NCBI GenBank assembly: GCA_017654855.1
Contig: CM030334.1
Coordinates: 1,984,001-2,048,000 of the forward strand
Source of the DNA: Podospora anserina
Lineage: Eukaryota
Length of the DNA stretch: 64,000 bases
Direction: 5' to 3'
The notes under the pieces are model-generated. The model searched no databases and was not told the DNA's origin. It worked only from the letters and a program-made list of their open reading frames with translations. Shown piece by piece: positions 48,101-61,500 of this stretch (positions are counted from its first letter, which is position 1; the number at the start of each line of letters is the position of its first letter). The translations under genes and the position numbers were made by a program.

Positions 48101-51100
48101 CCTGATGCTGGGCTGATTGATGAGGCTTTTGCAGGTTGAGCCATCAATTTGGCCCCGGTGTCCAAAACGGGAATCACCAAAGTCGCCTGACTCCACCTGC
48201 GTCTTTTCCCCGCATTTTGCTGATAGCCCATGTAACCTTACACCCCCACGATACCACAGCTCCACTTATCAGTGCCAAGCATCCTTCCGACGGTGCCCCG
48301 GCAGTTTTGGCGAAGGTGTTGTGTTGTTGACGCTCCGTTTGCTTGGCTGGGATCATCGATGTCTGACAACAACAGCTGATGGAGTCGCTATCGAAACCGA
48401 ACCTCAATTTATTGAGAGCTCAGCGCGAACTGCAGGATGCGCGAGTCAGAAGTCAGAGAGATGGGATGACATATCTGTCGTCCCATGTTGTCTGGCCATG
48501 CGGGCTGGGCATTGTAATCGTCGGCGACCTCCACCTCGTCCCGTCGACCTGGACTTCAGTGGGCACCTGTGCCTCGACAAAGCACAGTTCTTGCTGCTGG
48601 CGGATGTCTACATAGCTCTAGGGTGTGTATGTTTCCCATGAAGTCTATTTCTAGTCCTTGCTTTATCTTCAGCCACAAGCCGTTGAATCGTATAAACTTA
48701 TTGGGACCTGTACTATAGAACCATGTCAATGCAAACTTAAACGTGAACGACAACAACCGCTCTCTAAAAACACAAATTATTTGGTATCACGGCAGTATCA
48801 GAGTAACCTAGGCAGGTAATCATCTTGTGGAAGCCGTCGAAGTGAAAGCTCAAGTTTGATCACCTCGTGGCTTTAGTTTCCTGTGATTATTCAAAAAGAA
48901 ACAAAAAATCAAAACGAGAATGGCTTAAAGGTAGACTTTAATGTCATACATCTTGCATACAACACACTCAACGTAAAATTCAAAGAACTTGATATTCAAC
49001 GATAGCTCCCGAAGGAGACTCATAAAGCTGGGTGATCACATGTCTCTCCTTGGACGCCTCTCCTGCCGTTGACGGTACAATCTGCCATCTCAGATCCGAT
49101 CTCCCCTGTCCCCTACACAACAACAACACATGCCCATCGCAGGGTCCAAGATCCAAACCCCTGGGTCTGTTCACCGTCAACAATGCACACACGGAAAGCC
49201 TCATCCGGATCCGCGACAATGGTCACAGCTCGACCAGACCCCCACCGATAGGTGCGTTCCCTAAGGTAGTGTACCTTCTGATATGCAGTCCCTCCTCTGA
49301 AACAACAAGGCAGGCAGGTCTCAGTACCAAGCTGACGGGACAAGACGGGATCACCATCATTATCAAGATCTCTACGACGTGTTCCTGCCAATGTCGCCCA
49401 AGGTCACACCACAGCCCAAGGACTGAAATGATGGTGTCAAAACGGAAACTCATGTTAATATATCACCGAAAACGGTACAGATATAGGATAGACCCGCAAA
49501 ACAAAAACGGTCACTCGTCGCTTGGGTTGAACCATGCAAGCTCTCAATGGCACAGCGGACGGGAGCACGCCCGACCGCCCACCACGTCCATGCATCCAGA
49601 CCGCATTTGTTGCGCGTAGGTGCAGTCTACAACCGAGCGGATGCGACGCTGTCAACCTAATCAAAATAAGGTGTGGACATTCTTGCTTTCTCAAGCGTCT
49701 ATCGATGGCGAAGGGGGATGGGGAATTAATATTGCGACGTTGGGGAAACTGTCCACTGTCAACGTGATAGGCGGCACTGGTTGGCCAGAGTTTGAAATCG
49801 TCAACTTGAGATTCGTCGAGAGCCAACGATTGGAAGTTGGGTACAACTACCGCTGTAGCCACATGGACGGGAGTGCAGCTGTTAATTTCTCCCCTCCTTC
49901 AGGCTATTTCCCCCAAGACACTGTGCACGATCATGGTTCTGGATCGTGCCAAAAAAAAAAAAAAGAAAAAAAAAGAAGAAAAAAGCCAAATAGAATTGCA
50001 CCAAACTATGCAGCACTCCCTACATAATGCACCTAGCATGGAAGCGACAGTCAAAACCGCATTTAAAAAGATGGGGGACAGAATACGTACCTGCCCTTTC
50101 CAAAAGATCGAGAACAACGTTAGAGGGCGAGGCGTGTTCCTTCTGTGCATGGCGTTGGAGTAAGCTACCCAAAAGGGAAGGTGGTACCACTGAGGGAGTG
50201 ATGGGTGCGAAGGGATATCTTGCTCCTCCCCGATGGAACAAACACGCAGCAAGCAGCACGACACGACCCTGCCTATCGTCACGCCCCTAGGTAGCTTGCT
50301 CCACTCCTCCCTCCCTCCTTCGGTGTTTGGGGGCGACCATTTAGCATTCCAGCAATGGCGGTATCACCAATCACTCGGGATTTTGGAGCCTCCAAGCAAT
50401 TCGTATAATCGTATCCTTGATCTCGGACTGTTGGATAAAGATGTCGGTGAGGAGAGAGAGAAAAAAAAAATGGAGTCACATGTCGGCCGAGTTTTGGGAA
50501 GGAGGAATGGAATGTCGTGGTGAGGAGGTTCTTGGCTTTGTCTTGACGGCTTCCTTACTTGGACGTTGGCCCCTTTTGCGCACCTCTACGGATAGGTGGC
50601 AGGAGCGAGAGAAACTGGGAGGTGGAAAGCGGACTTGTACATTGGCAGATGCAAGTTGGTAATTAAAATGCTGTTGCTGTCTCGTACCCAACAAAGGGGA
50701 ACTGCAACCTTCCAAAATATATCAACCCAGACAGATCATGTGAATCTTGGTCCCTGCGCTTATTCGATGGTAGTAAGATGTGCTGTTACGAGCCGTACCT
50801 GCTTTGATTACCATTCTTTTCCTTCCCTTCTAGAAGTATTCTATGCAAACCACTCACTGGCGGCTACTACCTGCCCTTTTATCTCTTCTTGAAAATGTTC
50901 CTTTCCCTTGGAGGTAAAAGTGGATGTCGATCAGCTGTTCCCGAGTTTGTTGGCAGGTTGCTGACGGGAACAGCCCGGGATCCTTCCTTTATTAATTCAT
51001 GGTGTGTTGAAAGATCTGGCACCCGAACCCGAAGATCTGGATCTTGGATCTGGGGATGTGCTGGATGTACAATGTAGGGACGGAGCAGGGACGATGGCGA

Positions 51101-51938
51101 AAGGGGGCGGGTTTGACACACGTCTTTGTCGGTTCACCTTCCCTTAGGGGCACCGTTCACGGGAACGTGTGGGAAATAAAGTGACATGAGGGCAAGGGAT
51201 CAGCCCACTTGCCCTTAGAGGTATTCTTCTCTGGAAAGCAACCCACTTGCCTTTAGAGGCACAAAAAATGGATCTTTTGGAGGTTTGAGGTTCAAACCGA
51301 GAAACATGAGATCGCGCTTAGCTTCGGAGATATCTTGCTGCAATGCACTTGTCTTGCGTTCTCCAGATTGTTGGTAGCGAGCATCGGACGGTGGACATCT
51401 GTTTTGCGCGGCTATGATCCGAGGGGATAGGAGACGTTCGAGGTGACCCAAGGCTGAGACTAGCCTGGATGTTTGACCGAGAAGAACCGATTTCATGCAT
51501 GAAAGACTACGGTAGGAATGCCTAGATGTAAGAGACCACTTTCTTGCATAGAAGGCGACGGTACGAGAGCCTAGAAACAAGAGAAAGGTACGGTATCCTT
51601 GGTGCCTGACTAAGGCAGGTGAAGGAGGGTTGTCACGTTGGCGATGCAACTGGGTAAGGCTGCTGATTTGTATGATGGTGGTTCAAGGGGCGGTGTGCGT
51701 ATGTTAGGAGCATTCTTGGTTAATATGTTTGAACTTGTGGACTTCATAGGTATTTGTGAAGTGCCTAGGTAGGTAGGTAATATGATGATAGTAGATACGT
51801 AAAGCTTGACCGCTGAGTATGATCCAAGCATCAACACATACAGGAAGTATCGAAGCACCCGACAAATAAAACTACTTGTAAAGAAAGAAACATCTGGAGA
51901 CAACGATATTAGATCTTTCAGGCCCAGTTGATCATACC

Positions 51939-54307
51939 CTACCCCAGCATCAAGTGCATCTTCTTCCGGTCCTGTGCTTCCCATATACTCTTCACCACTC
52001 GTCCCAGTCCTCTCCGATAGGCAATGTCGCCTCTCCACTCTACCCACATCACCCAATAAAACTGGTACCATGGAACCCCTTTAGGTCTCTCGGGGTGGTT
52101 AGCATCTTTAAAATAATGGAAAAAAGGAACCTCCGTGGGTTCCCAAATTTCTCCTCTAGCCACCTCTACCAACGTTAAAGATTTCCCAGTCAAATCCAAG
52201 TTCACCGTATCAGATGTCTCGGACGGCGAAAGTGGATCTGGATTCAGGGTCAAAAAACCTGCCCAGGTGCCTATTGAGTCACGTAAACTTATACATTGTG
52301 CAAGGTACTCCGGCTCCCAATCTATCAGTTCCTCCGCTGCAAGCAGGGTTGCAGAACGGGTGTAGCAAGAGATCCAAGGGGCTATGGTCATGCCAGGAAC
52401 TTCAGAATCGCCCTTCCCTTGTAGGTGAATCGGGTGGAAGAGACATCGCAGCGATCGGGACTCGTCGTGGTAGTTATATACCCAATTCGGACCCCGGGAG
52501 CTCGTCCACGGACGGCGTGTCCACCCAGGAGGGCATCGCGTCTTATCTGAATCAAAATATTTCTCCTTCAAGGCGTAAAATCTGTCCTTGATCTCAATTC
52601 CCGGACCGTCGCTTGTGGTGTGATAGGACCACTCGACTATGGGGAAAATTCTCTCGTGGAAGCATTGTTCTCCCCTCCAGGACCTGAGATTCGTTCCAAC
52701 TGGCCTCCAGGTGTCCGCTACCCTCCAAATCTTTAGATCCAAGCTGCCTTTCCATGCGGCCCAGCTCCAACTCGGAACACAGGATGCTTTTGGTATCCCT
52801 CCTGGCCAGCGAAGGACAATGTCTTTCGAGAAAGGGAACCATAAAAGTCCAGCATAGAAGAAGTCTGCTGGGAGTCCAGAAATTAGTCCGCCCTGAAACG
52901 AGGAGAGAAGTGCTGTTGCGATTCCAGAAAATGCTCTTAAAGAATCTTCTGGTAGGGTGAAACTTCGCCTATTGTAATTTTCGATGATTTCTGCTAGTTT
53001 CGGGATGTTGGGGGAAACATTGTGGATTTCCGGATAGATACTGCGCTGATAGGGATATCGTTTAGGTGACGGCATCTGTATTGTGATATCGGGCAACCTA
53101 ATATCCTCTCGCCATTGGGCGGACATACAGGTCCAATGGGCCGGGCCATGTTCACGAAGAACCAATTGTCTTCTGGAGAACAACTCTTCCTGAAATGTCC
53201 ACCCTCTGGTAAACCACGCCCCCCTGTTTTGATCATCTTTCCAGTCTCTATGCTGTATATTTATAACGGTCGAAGAAGGCCCGAGACGCCAAGTGTGCTG
53301 TTGAACCTTACATTGTTGTGATATACCAAAAAGCCCGGGCAGCCCACTATCTGCATTCGTTGCACTGCGAGCGATTATCGTGAATGTAGCATTGGCATAT
53401 ATTCCGGACATGTTTTGGACGTCTTGGTGTTTCTGCTTGTCATCATCCTGGACAATACAGAGAGCATCCACCCAAAGAAACTTTTCGCCAGCCATCTCAA
53501 CCACAGCCATTGCGTGGGTGATTGTTTTTGCCAAAGGCACGAATGAGAGGGCATTTGGTTGCTGCAGCCTCCCAAGATTGTCCATTGCCGTAGTGAATTG
53601 TTTGGTGCCGCCCCATACATAGCTTAAACACACATAACTATCGGTCAGTTGAGCCGGAACAAGACATTGACGCACAATGTCAACCAGCCATGCTGGGCGG
53701 ATGGAAGCAAGGGCTGGTAATATCACACTGGAAGGCTTGCAGTGCTGGTGGTGTTGGTCGCAATCAGTTTTCCAACGACAAAACAAACTTGAATCGATCC
53801 AGTGTGCATGTATAAGCCTTCCATATCTGTCTAGATTGTCGCTCGGGTGTGAAGGGAAGAGAACAAAACTGTAGCTTCTCAAAGTGCCGTCAACCAGATT
53901 ACCGGTCTGCCCCAACGTGGCCTCTATTCTGCATTCCCGGTTGTCGTCCCAGTGGTAACGCACAAGTCTAACAAGTGTGTCTGCTGCAATCGGCACTGGA
54001 AATCTGAAACGAAGAGCCCGCCCATTTTGAAAGAGCAAAATGTCCTTGTGCTGTTGGCATTTTGAGTCCACCATGACCTCTTTCCAGGTACCCAACACCT
54101 CTTCGAGACGTTCCTTACTTCTAGAAGGCGTGAAAGCAAGGATGATTTTCTGACATATCGAACATGATCGTTTCTGTCTCGGAATTGTTAAATTCACGAC
54201 AAATACCCTATATCATATCGCTTAGATCGAGACGAAATTATACTCACACTCGATCCAATTTGTCTGGTAGTCTTTCCTTGTCTTTTGGTCTTGCGACTTT
54301 TAGCCAT
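51939..54307 (-). CDS. HET-domain protein (intact, about 764 aa)
   Basis: YVCLSYVWG, LWVDALCIVQDD, MSGIYANATFTI, WFTRGWTFQEELFSRR, PSWSWAAW, RRGLGRV. Predicted exon 1 54307-54248 and intron 54247-54174 supply the ATG. Confidence 0.9.
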
Positions 54308-54632
54308 GTTGAAGGGCCGCTTGCGATGATCCTGCCGTACTAAGTGGAATGCTGAAGCTATTCGTTTTGATGGATCCCAGGGTGTTTTGAAAGTTCGGGT
54401 GCCTCCGTAAAAGGTGAATGCAAGCAAGGTTGGAGATTTGTCTGACTGACTCCTGCCCTCTTGCCCCGCTCCGTCTCTGCCTAGTTGTTGCTGCCTGAAT
54501 TTCAGTTGCACCTCTTGGCATGTGTGACAACGACAACGTTACATAAGCCAGCCTCGTGAGGTTCTTCAAGTCTAGGTCGTCACTGCCTCTCTGGCTGACC
54601 TTTGGCGACCCGGCACGCCTCCTCCATGTCTG

Positions 54633-56233
54633 ATGGGTTGTCACACCACCTGGCCTGGCGAGCGGCTGCCTTCCTGTGAGTTCCTACTCTTCCCTGAAAT
54701 GCCACCCGAAGTTGTCCAACACTTAGCGAAACAGAACCGGCTACCTCAAAACCCAAGGCCAAAAGAACTGGCTCCAACGCATGGATGGCAACACTACCGG
54801 GTCCGGCAACCAAGAAGGCGTCAGGGACTGCCGAACCCAAGGAGACAAATGCAAAAACCCCACTCTCACCCTCTGTCCAACATACACCCCCACGGGGTTC
54901 TTTTGAACCCGTCGAGCGTCCTCCAACTTTCACTTGGCACTAGATAACATGCATGCAGCCCTCCTAGACTCCACCATCCAAAGCTCCCTTCAGATCGGCC
55001 AGATGGTTCGGGATTTCGCTTATGAGTCCCTCAACTTCGAATCCGGCCCAGATGTTGGCATGATTCTGGCTATTATCAGCTCCGCCTTTGGAATAATTGG
55101 CGGCCTTGCCTCTCCCATAAGGGGTGTAGCCGGCCTCTTTGGCACCTTTGGCTTAACAGGTACCAGAGCAGCCAAAGTGGCGACTAAAAGTCGCCACTTT
55201 GGCTGGGTCGACTAACTTGGGAGCGGGAGTGACAAACATGGTCGGGGCAACGCGCCTTGAGGATGACGAGCCAGATACAGAGTCAGTGACTGTGGGTGTT
55301 GCGACTAAGTTGGCTCAGGTCTTTGGGTTCTTCACAGAGGCAATCGAGGATATGCGTCTTACAATCTTTAACGGTGAGGAGAAGCCCAATGGGAAGAGCT
55401 TGACCTTTCATGATATTGGGCCGATTGCACCGTTTGGGGAGAATGAGAACACTAATGGTATTGGGATTGATCTTGATGCTAACCCTGATGTGTTGCCGCC
55501 TCCCCGGTGGCGCAGTTCTTTGGGGGTGGGAGGTGGTTGTTGGATGAGGAGGTTGGGCAGACGGAGTTTAACCAGCGGTTTTGGGAGGTTCTTGGTCTTG
55601 TTCTAGGTTCCCTTTAGGGCTTTTTCGTAAGTTTGATTTGCTGACATGCCTATTCCAACAGAAAAAGTCCCTCATCTCTGGTCTTTTAGAAGATATCAGG
55701 GCCTTCATCATGCGCGACTCCTCCAGCGAAGGCCGAGACCGCTGGTGCAACAAGGCCGGTGCTCTTGATATCGACGGTGAATGCTGGTTCATTCTCCGGG
55801 CTGACCCCAAGGATCCATACCTCACCCGCGAGATTGAAATTACAGCTATGAACTCGTTTGCTAACTACGATATCAATATTGAACACGTCTACCGCAACGC
55901 CATTGCCTGCCAAGATAAGCTGGGGATGGCCAGTTTGATGAGTGGAACTCAGTCTTCAACAACATGGGGACTGATTTTCTTCAGGCCCCGCCAATGGATG
56001 AGAATGGGTATCCTGAATGCTTCTGGGGTTCGTTGCCTGTGTTCAGTGTGACGGATGCCTCGAGGGAGAACGCGCTGGCTGCCTTGGCTGTTGAGGCTGC
56101 GACGGATGGGATTTGTGTGTCGACTGCGTTCCCTGGGCCTTTCAAGAGTGATCCTATCAAGGCGCCGGAGTACCTTGGGGTGAATGACTGTCCTGTGAGT
56201 ATCGCTTTCTTTCTTCGCGATGGATGGAATTGA
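54633..56233 (+). pseudogene. Degenerate gene fragment, family uncertain (reminiscent of C-terminal regions of large secreted fungal proteins)
   Basis: Protein-like segments scattered over three frames: NWLQRMDGNTT...DC...C...CPTYTP, ALDNMHAALLD, hydrophobic ILAIISSAFGIIGGLA, VAQFFGGGRWL, YPECFWGSLPV. Confidence 0.6.
55169..55205. repeat. Perfect 17-bp inverted repeat with 3-nt loop
   Basis: CAGCCAAAGTGGCGACT-AAA-AGTCGCCACTTTGGCTG. Confidence 0.95.
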
Positions 56234-57113
56234 CGATGGGGTTGAAAATAGTATGTCAGCGGCATATGAGAAGGTAATAATTTGGGTAGGTAGGTGTTGA
56301 TCTTCCATGATCTTCCTCTGCCTCTCGTCTGATTTTGTATTGGCCTACATTATCCTCTTTCGTTTTTACACCTAATAATAATTCTTCGTCTTCTACACCA
56401 TGGCTGATCCGAATGCCTGCTGGGAAGACCACGAGACGTTGCAAATGACAATAATGGTGTCCAGCCACTCTGACGGGAAGAGCTCGTATAGGGCACTAGC
56501 CAAGAGAAATGTATGAAGATATCGTCACATTGGAAGGCCGATCCAAGGGTCTGCAGGGTCTTCCAAGATGTGGACAGACCTGGAAATAGATTCATGCTCG
56601 AGGGCAGTGCCGCGTGTTCGACGGCGATCTCTCTTGTTCGTCCCTGCATGTTGCAACCAAGTTTCATAGGTTGGCTGTTGCATGGAGCTTTGTGCATGGC
56701 TCGGTCCGGAGAGGGTGGTGGTTCGGCTGTGTGGTGTGGGTGACCAGCAGTGACGTCAGGGGGTATGACACAACACAGCTCGCTCCAAGGACCACAAACA
56801 ACAAGACAGCTTGTGAAACGCGCCGACCGGGCGCTGCACAACGACAAGCGATGCCTGCAAAGCGAGAGAGGATGGTTAAATTTCCTGTTTTCTGGGCAGG
56901 ATTGGGTCACAGGTAGAAATAATGATATAAGTCAGGTTTTCCCCCTTTTGTCCGCTGCAGCTGGACCGTTCCATCTTTCCTGTTCACTGGTTCAGCAATA
57001 TACGAAGCTGCGGTGCCAATAAGCATATCACGATTGATACAACCTGCTGCAAGCAAGTCAATTTACACAAACATACCTAACCCTTACCCCTATTTCTGAT
57101 CAACAACGCCGCA

Positions 57114-57680
57114 ATGCCTACCGTCCTAGGCCTCACCAACGACCAAAAGGAGAAGCCCAAAATTGGCGCTGCTCAAGCACCCAAGGGCTACCACGACGGC
57201 TCTCTCGTCCTTTCGGAGAACAAGAACCAGCGCCTCGATACCATCTCCAAGCGCAACTATGCCGCCGCCCACGAGATGGAGACTCTTCTTTGGAGAGCCA
57301 TCTGCGACGACCCAGAGCAGGCCAAGGAGTACATCGCCGATGACTGCGTGATGGTCAACCCTATCTTTCACCCCGATCACTCTTCCAAGCCGGTGAACAA
57401 GGAGTCGGAGCCGAGTATCAGCGATCTACTGGAGAATGCTGGGAAGTTTACTGGATTCCGGTTCCATGACGGAGGTCCGCTTGTGGTCGAGGCGGGGTTG
57501 ATGGCTGTTTCGACGGTGTACAAGTTGAGTTTGTACAAGCAGAGCCGGAAGGGAGGCATCAGGGAGATTTCGGCGAGTGGAAGCAGCAGTTGGAGGCAGA
57601 CTGCGGGAGCGGATTGGGTGTTGGTTGCTTGGCATGTTGCTTATGCCGAGGATGAGGACGATGAGGATGATGAGGAGTAG
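57114..57680 (+). CDS. NTF2/SnoaL-like (DUF4440-type) protein
   Basis: 188-aa ORF: helix METLLWRAIC, YIADDCVMVNP, terminal strands SSSWRQ...WVLVAWH, acidic tail; biased codon usage. Confidence 0.8.
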   Translation: MPTVLGLTNDQKEKPKIGAAQAPKGYHDGSLVLSENKNQRLDTISKRNYAAAHEMETLLWRAICDDPEQAKEYIADDCVMVNPIFHPDHSSKPVNKESEPSISDLLENAGKFTGFRFHDGGPLVVEAGLMAVSTVYKLSLYKQSRKGGIREISASGSSSWRQTAGADWVLVAWHVAYAEDEDDEDDEE

Positions 57681-58573
57681 AGGATGAGTGAGGGTTGAGA
57701 GGGTTGTGGGTTTCTTGATTTTTGGTAATTACGGTTTCGATGTATTATATGTAATTGTTGTAATTTTGATGAGATTTTGTTGAACCCTACCATGAACGAG
57801 AAACATATATGTGGCATTTGAAGAGGCATTTTACCGACGGGATGCACAGAGACGCGCAAGATTTTGCCAGCTTGGGTTGTTCAGTGTTGGCTGCCTTGGA
57901 GGATGACGAGGCCTTCTCCAACTGCATCAATAACCCTGCTCACAGTTCGCCCCCCGCACTTTGGAGCTCCCCGTGGCTGGCGTGGCTTTCTTCAACATCG
58001 AGACTGAAGAAGTGGGTGGCTGGAGATGACTTTCTGAGAGCATTGCAAAAGGCCACCTTCGAATACTTATATGTTGAATAGCGGTATTATACACTCCTGG
58101 AGTCTTTTTGCTCTGATTTATACACTCGAGGCCTGTGATACTGAGCTGAGTGCCCCCTCGGCGGCGCTGTCACAAGCTCCATCCTTGGCTCAACTCCAAT
58201 TGCAATGACGCAAGTGGTCGCGACGGTTCTCCCAGCTCCCCGACGACAAGCTTCCCTCGAACGCTGAGCCCTGCGAACTGGTGTTCAGTTTACTTTATAC
58301 ATCAATCCACAACCGATTCCCTATCGTATATATCAATTCTTCTTGCGCACAAGACCATCCATTTGTTGCCACTGCCAACATCGTCTCGCACAACTGAGCG
58401 AGGCGCACTTGCTGTGGGACCGGGCAGCCTCTGGATCCCGACTTATCCGTTGATACCCTTCAAGGTTGCCATTCACAAAACCACAATATCTTACAGTTCA
58501 AGGACACCGAGCGCGTTACTCCCAGTCCGCTCTCGGAAGTCCAGCCACCAACACCGTTCCATCTACCTCCAAG

Positions 58574-61500
58574 ATGGTCTCTCGAAAACCGCTTCCTCCA
58601 AATGCGACATTCGACCCCGCCGTACCATCACATGCTCGATCGCCAGAACCAAAGCCCGAAGCACAACAAGAATTCGTATTACCGCCCTTTGAATCCACTG
58701 GTGGATTCTGGGACGATACCTCGAACAACATAAACCAGAATCAAAACACCGACGCTGCACAAGACATGTCGAACTCGCACCAGCCAGGCCAGGCTGCTGG
58801 CAACTATGCGGGCTTGGAGGAGGAGAATGTCTGGGCTAATAATAATAGCTCTTCCAACCTCGATCGAGTCCTGACAGTTTTGAGGCCCGGAAGCAGCCAT
58901 CGAATGGACAACACTGGATCTCTGGGAAAAGTGGCGGAGAGGACAGACGCGGGGTTGGATGTCACACGGGTGCCGACCATCCTCAGGCCCGCTGGCGGGC
59001 CGTCCAGTCGAGAGACCAACCCATTCAAAAGAAAGATGCATAACCAGGATGGATCTGCGAATCCTGCGTCAACATCCTCCACCACTCCTCTCCCAGAATC
59101 CCTGACTGGGGCATTTTCAGACCTAGCCGTTGGAGATACGACCAAGAACCCGTGGCAACCAGCGCTTAGCGACAACAGCGCACTTGGCCAACGGCCGTCG
59201 TATCAGTTACCAGAGCCGTCGCCAGGGATGGAGGACGGCTGGAAGGGCTCGGAGCCACCGCGCCCATCGACATCTACGCCACCCAGGCTCTTGTCACTCC
59301 CTTCGGAGGAGGGCTCCGCGGGCTGGGAGAACGAAAGGGACAAGCCCCCTAACATCCAGTTAGGGTTCACAGCGGAGGAGGACGAGGTTCTTGGTGATTC
59401 CCACGCCTGGGATGACCTTAGCACTGTCAACAAGGGGAATGGTACAGCCGCCGTGCCCGCTGTTCCTGATAAGGGCGGTTCAGACGACGAGTGGAATTTG
59501 ATAGACGTGGATCCTCCTCGCTCTAGTCAGCCCAATGTCCAACAAAGTCCCTCTAATTCTAAGCCAAGCCCACCTCGGAGAAGGGATACATGGGAAGACT
59601 TTGATGAAGAAAAGGATACTCCCCAGCCGAGCACCTCACAACAGGTAGCAGCGCCCCTAACGAAAGACCAACCGCCGCCTCAGGGGAAAGCTCCTGAACT
59701 TCCTGCAAGGACTGAACTTCCACCACGAACAGAGCTTCCTCGACGAACATCAAGCGAGCAACCGCCGCCACAACCTCCCCGTCCTGTGGACAAGAACGAA
59801 ACATACCACATCAAGAACATCAACTGGTTTGATATAACGGCTGCCAAAAACCCCAGATCGACACCTATTCTTGTTCAGAATGCCAACGGCCCCTGCCCTC
59901 TTGTTGCTCTTGTCAACGCCCTTACACTTACCACGCCGGCTGATAAGAACACGGCGCTGGTTGATACGCTAAAGACACGAGAACAAGTCAGCCTGGGTTT
60001 GTTACTTGATGCTGTGTTCGATGAGTTAATGTCCGAGAGGCGTCTTGATCCAAATGTTCCCCTACCGGATATCACCCAACTTTACAGCTTCCTCCAAGGA
60101 CTGCACACTGGCATGAACGTCAATCCTCGGTTTATTCCAACAGAGTCTATCTTGCAATCTTTCAAGAGGACGTCGCTTACTCACATTCACCCGAGTCAAC
60201 GCGGCGAGATGTCTATACCTGGAACTTTTGAGCATACCAAGGAGATGACACTGTACTCGACCTTTTCGATACCGCTGATTCACGGCTGGCTGCCTCGTCC
60301 GGACGATATTGTTTACCAATCCTTTGCGCGGCAGGCGGCTTCCTATGAAGATGTCCAGAATCTGCTTTTCCGGGAAGAGGAGCTAGACGATAAACTAAGT
60401 AGCAGCCACCACCACGAGGGGTTGACCGAAGAGGAGCAGCAACTGTACCAAGACATTCTTTCGATCAAGTCGTTTTTGCACAGCTCTGCCACGCAGCTTA
60501 CCAACTTTGGTTTGGAGGTTATCAAGAAGTCGATGAAGCCAGGATCAGTTGCTATCTTGTTCAGAAACGATCATTTCGCCACTCTGTACCGACATCCTCA
60601 GACGCTGGAGCTTCTCACGCTGGTTACCGATGCAGGATATGCAGGTCACGCCGAGGTTGTGTGGGAATCTCTCGTCGACACCACCGGCGAAAAGGCCGAG
60701 TTCTTTTCGGGAGACTTCCGTGTTGTAGGTGGCGCTTCACATACTTCATCGACGCCCGCTGCTAGAACTCAAGGGTCTGGCAGCTGGGCTGATGTGGCCT
60801 CCAGCTCTGGCAACAGACGAAGCAGAGAACAGGGCCGTGGTGGCCGAAGCAGTTCTAGTGAGGCCCCAACCTCGCCAACAACTGAACAAGAGGACCGAGA
60901 CTTTGCCATGGCGCTCCAACTCCAAGAGGAAGAGGACAACCGTCATCGTCAAGAGGAAGACCGCCGTCGTAGAGAAGCCAGGTTGTCAGAGCAGTACATT
61001 GAACAGCAGGGACGGGCAGCTCAAGCGCATAACAGCCGTGGTGGGGCCGGCTCAGGCCGAGGAGGCAGCCACGCTGCGTCTCGTAGTACGGGCTCGTTGG
61101 GATCCTCGGGTACCGCCAACACCGGCCGTCGTGCCCCAAGCGGAATCCGCGTCACTTCATCCACTCCTACAGTAGCTTCCTCGAACAACAGTGCTACGCC
61201 CAATCGTCCTCGGCCATCCACGCAAACAGTTAGATCGCTGATTCCACCTGTTCAGCCGGCGGCCGCGGCGAATAGAGACCCGGAGGCTGGGTTGGATGAT
61301 GCTCCTCCTAGTTATGAGCAAGCATCTCAACAGGCGGCGTACGAGCCGCCGACTGGTCATCCGGCACACCCCGCTAGTAGCCCGACCGCGGCGACGTCAC
61401 AGCCGGCGTCTACTCTCGGGGCAACGCAAAGGCCAAGTACGGGCGCTTCTCAGCCCTCGCCGAGGGTTCATAATGCCCCTAGAACGGGCGGAAGTGCTGG

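Noticed and set aside
51215..51649. 144-aa minus-strand ORF downstream of the HET gene
   Set aside because: No recognisable motif in any frame; cannot be distinguished from a chance ORF.
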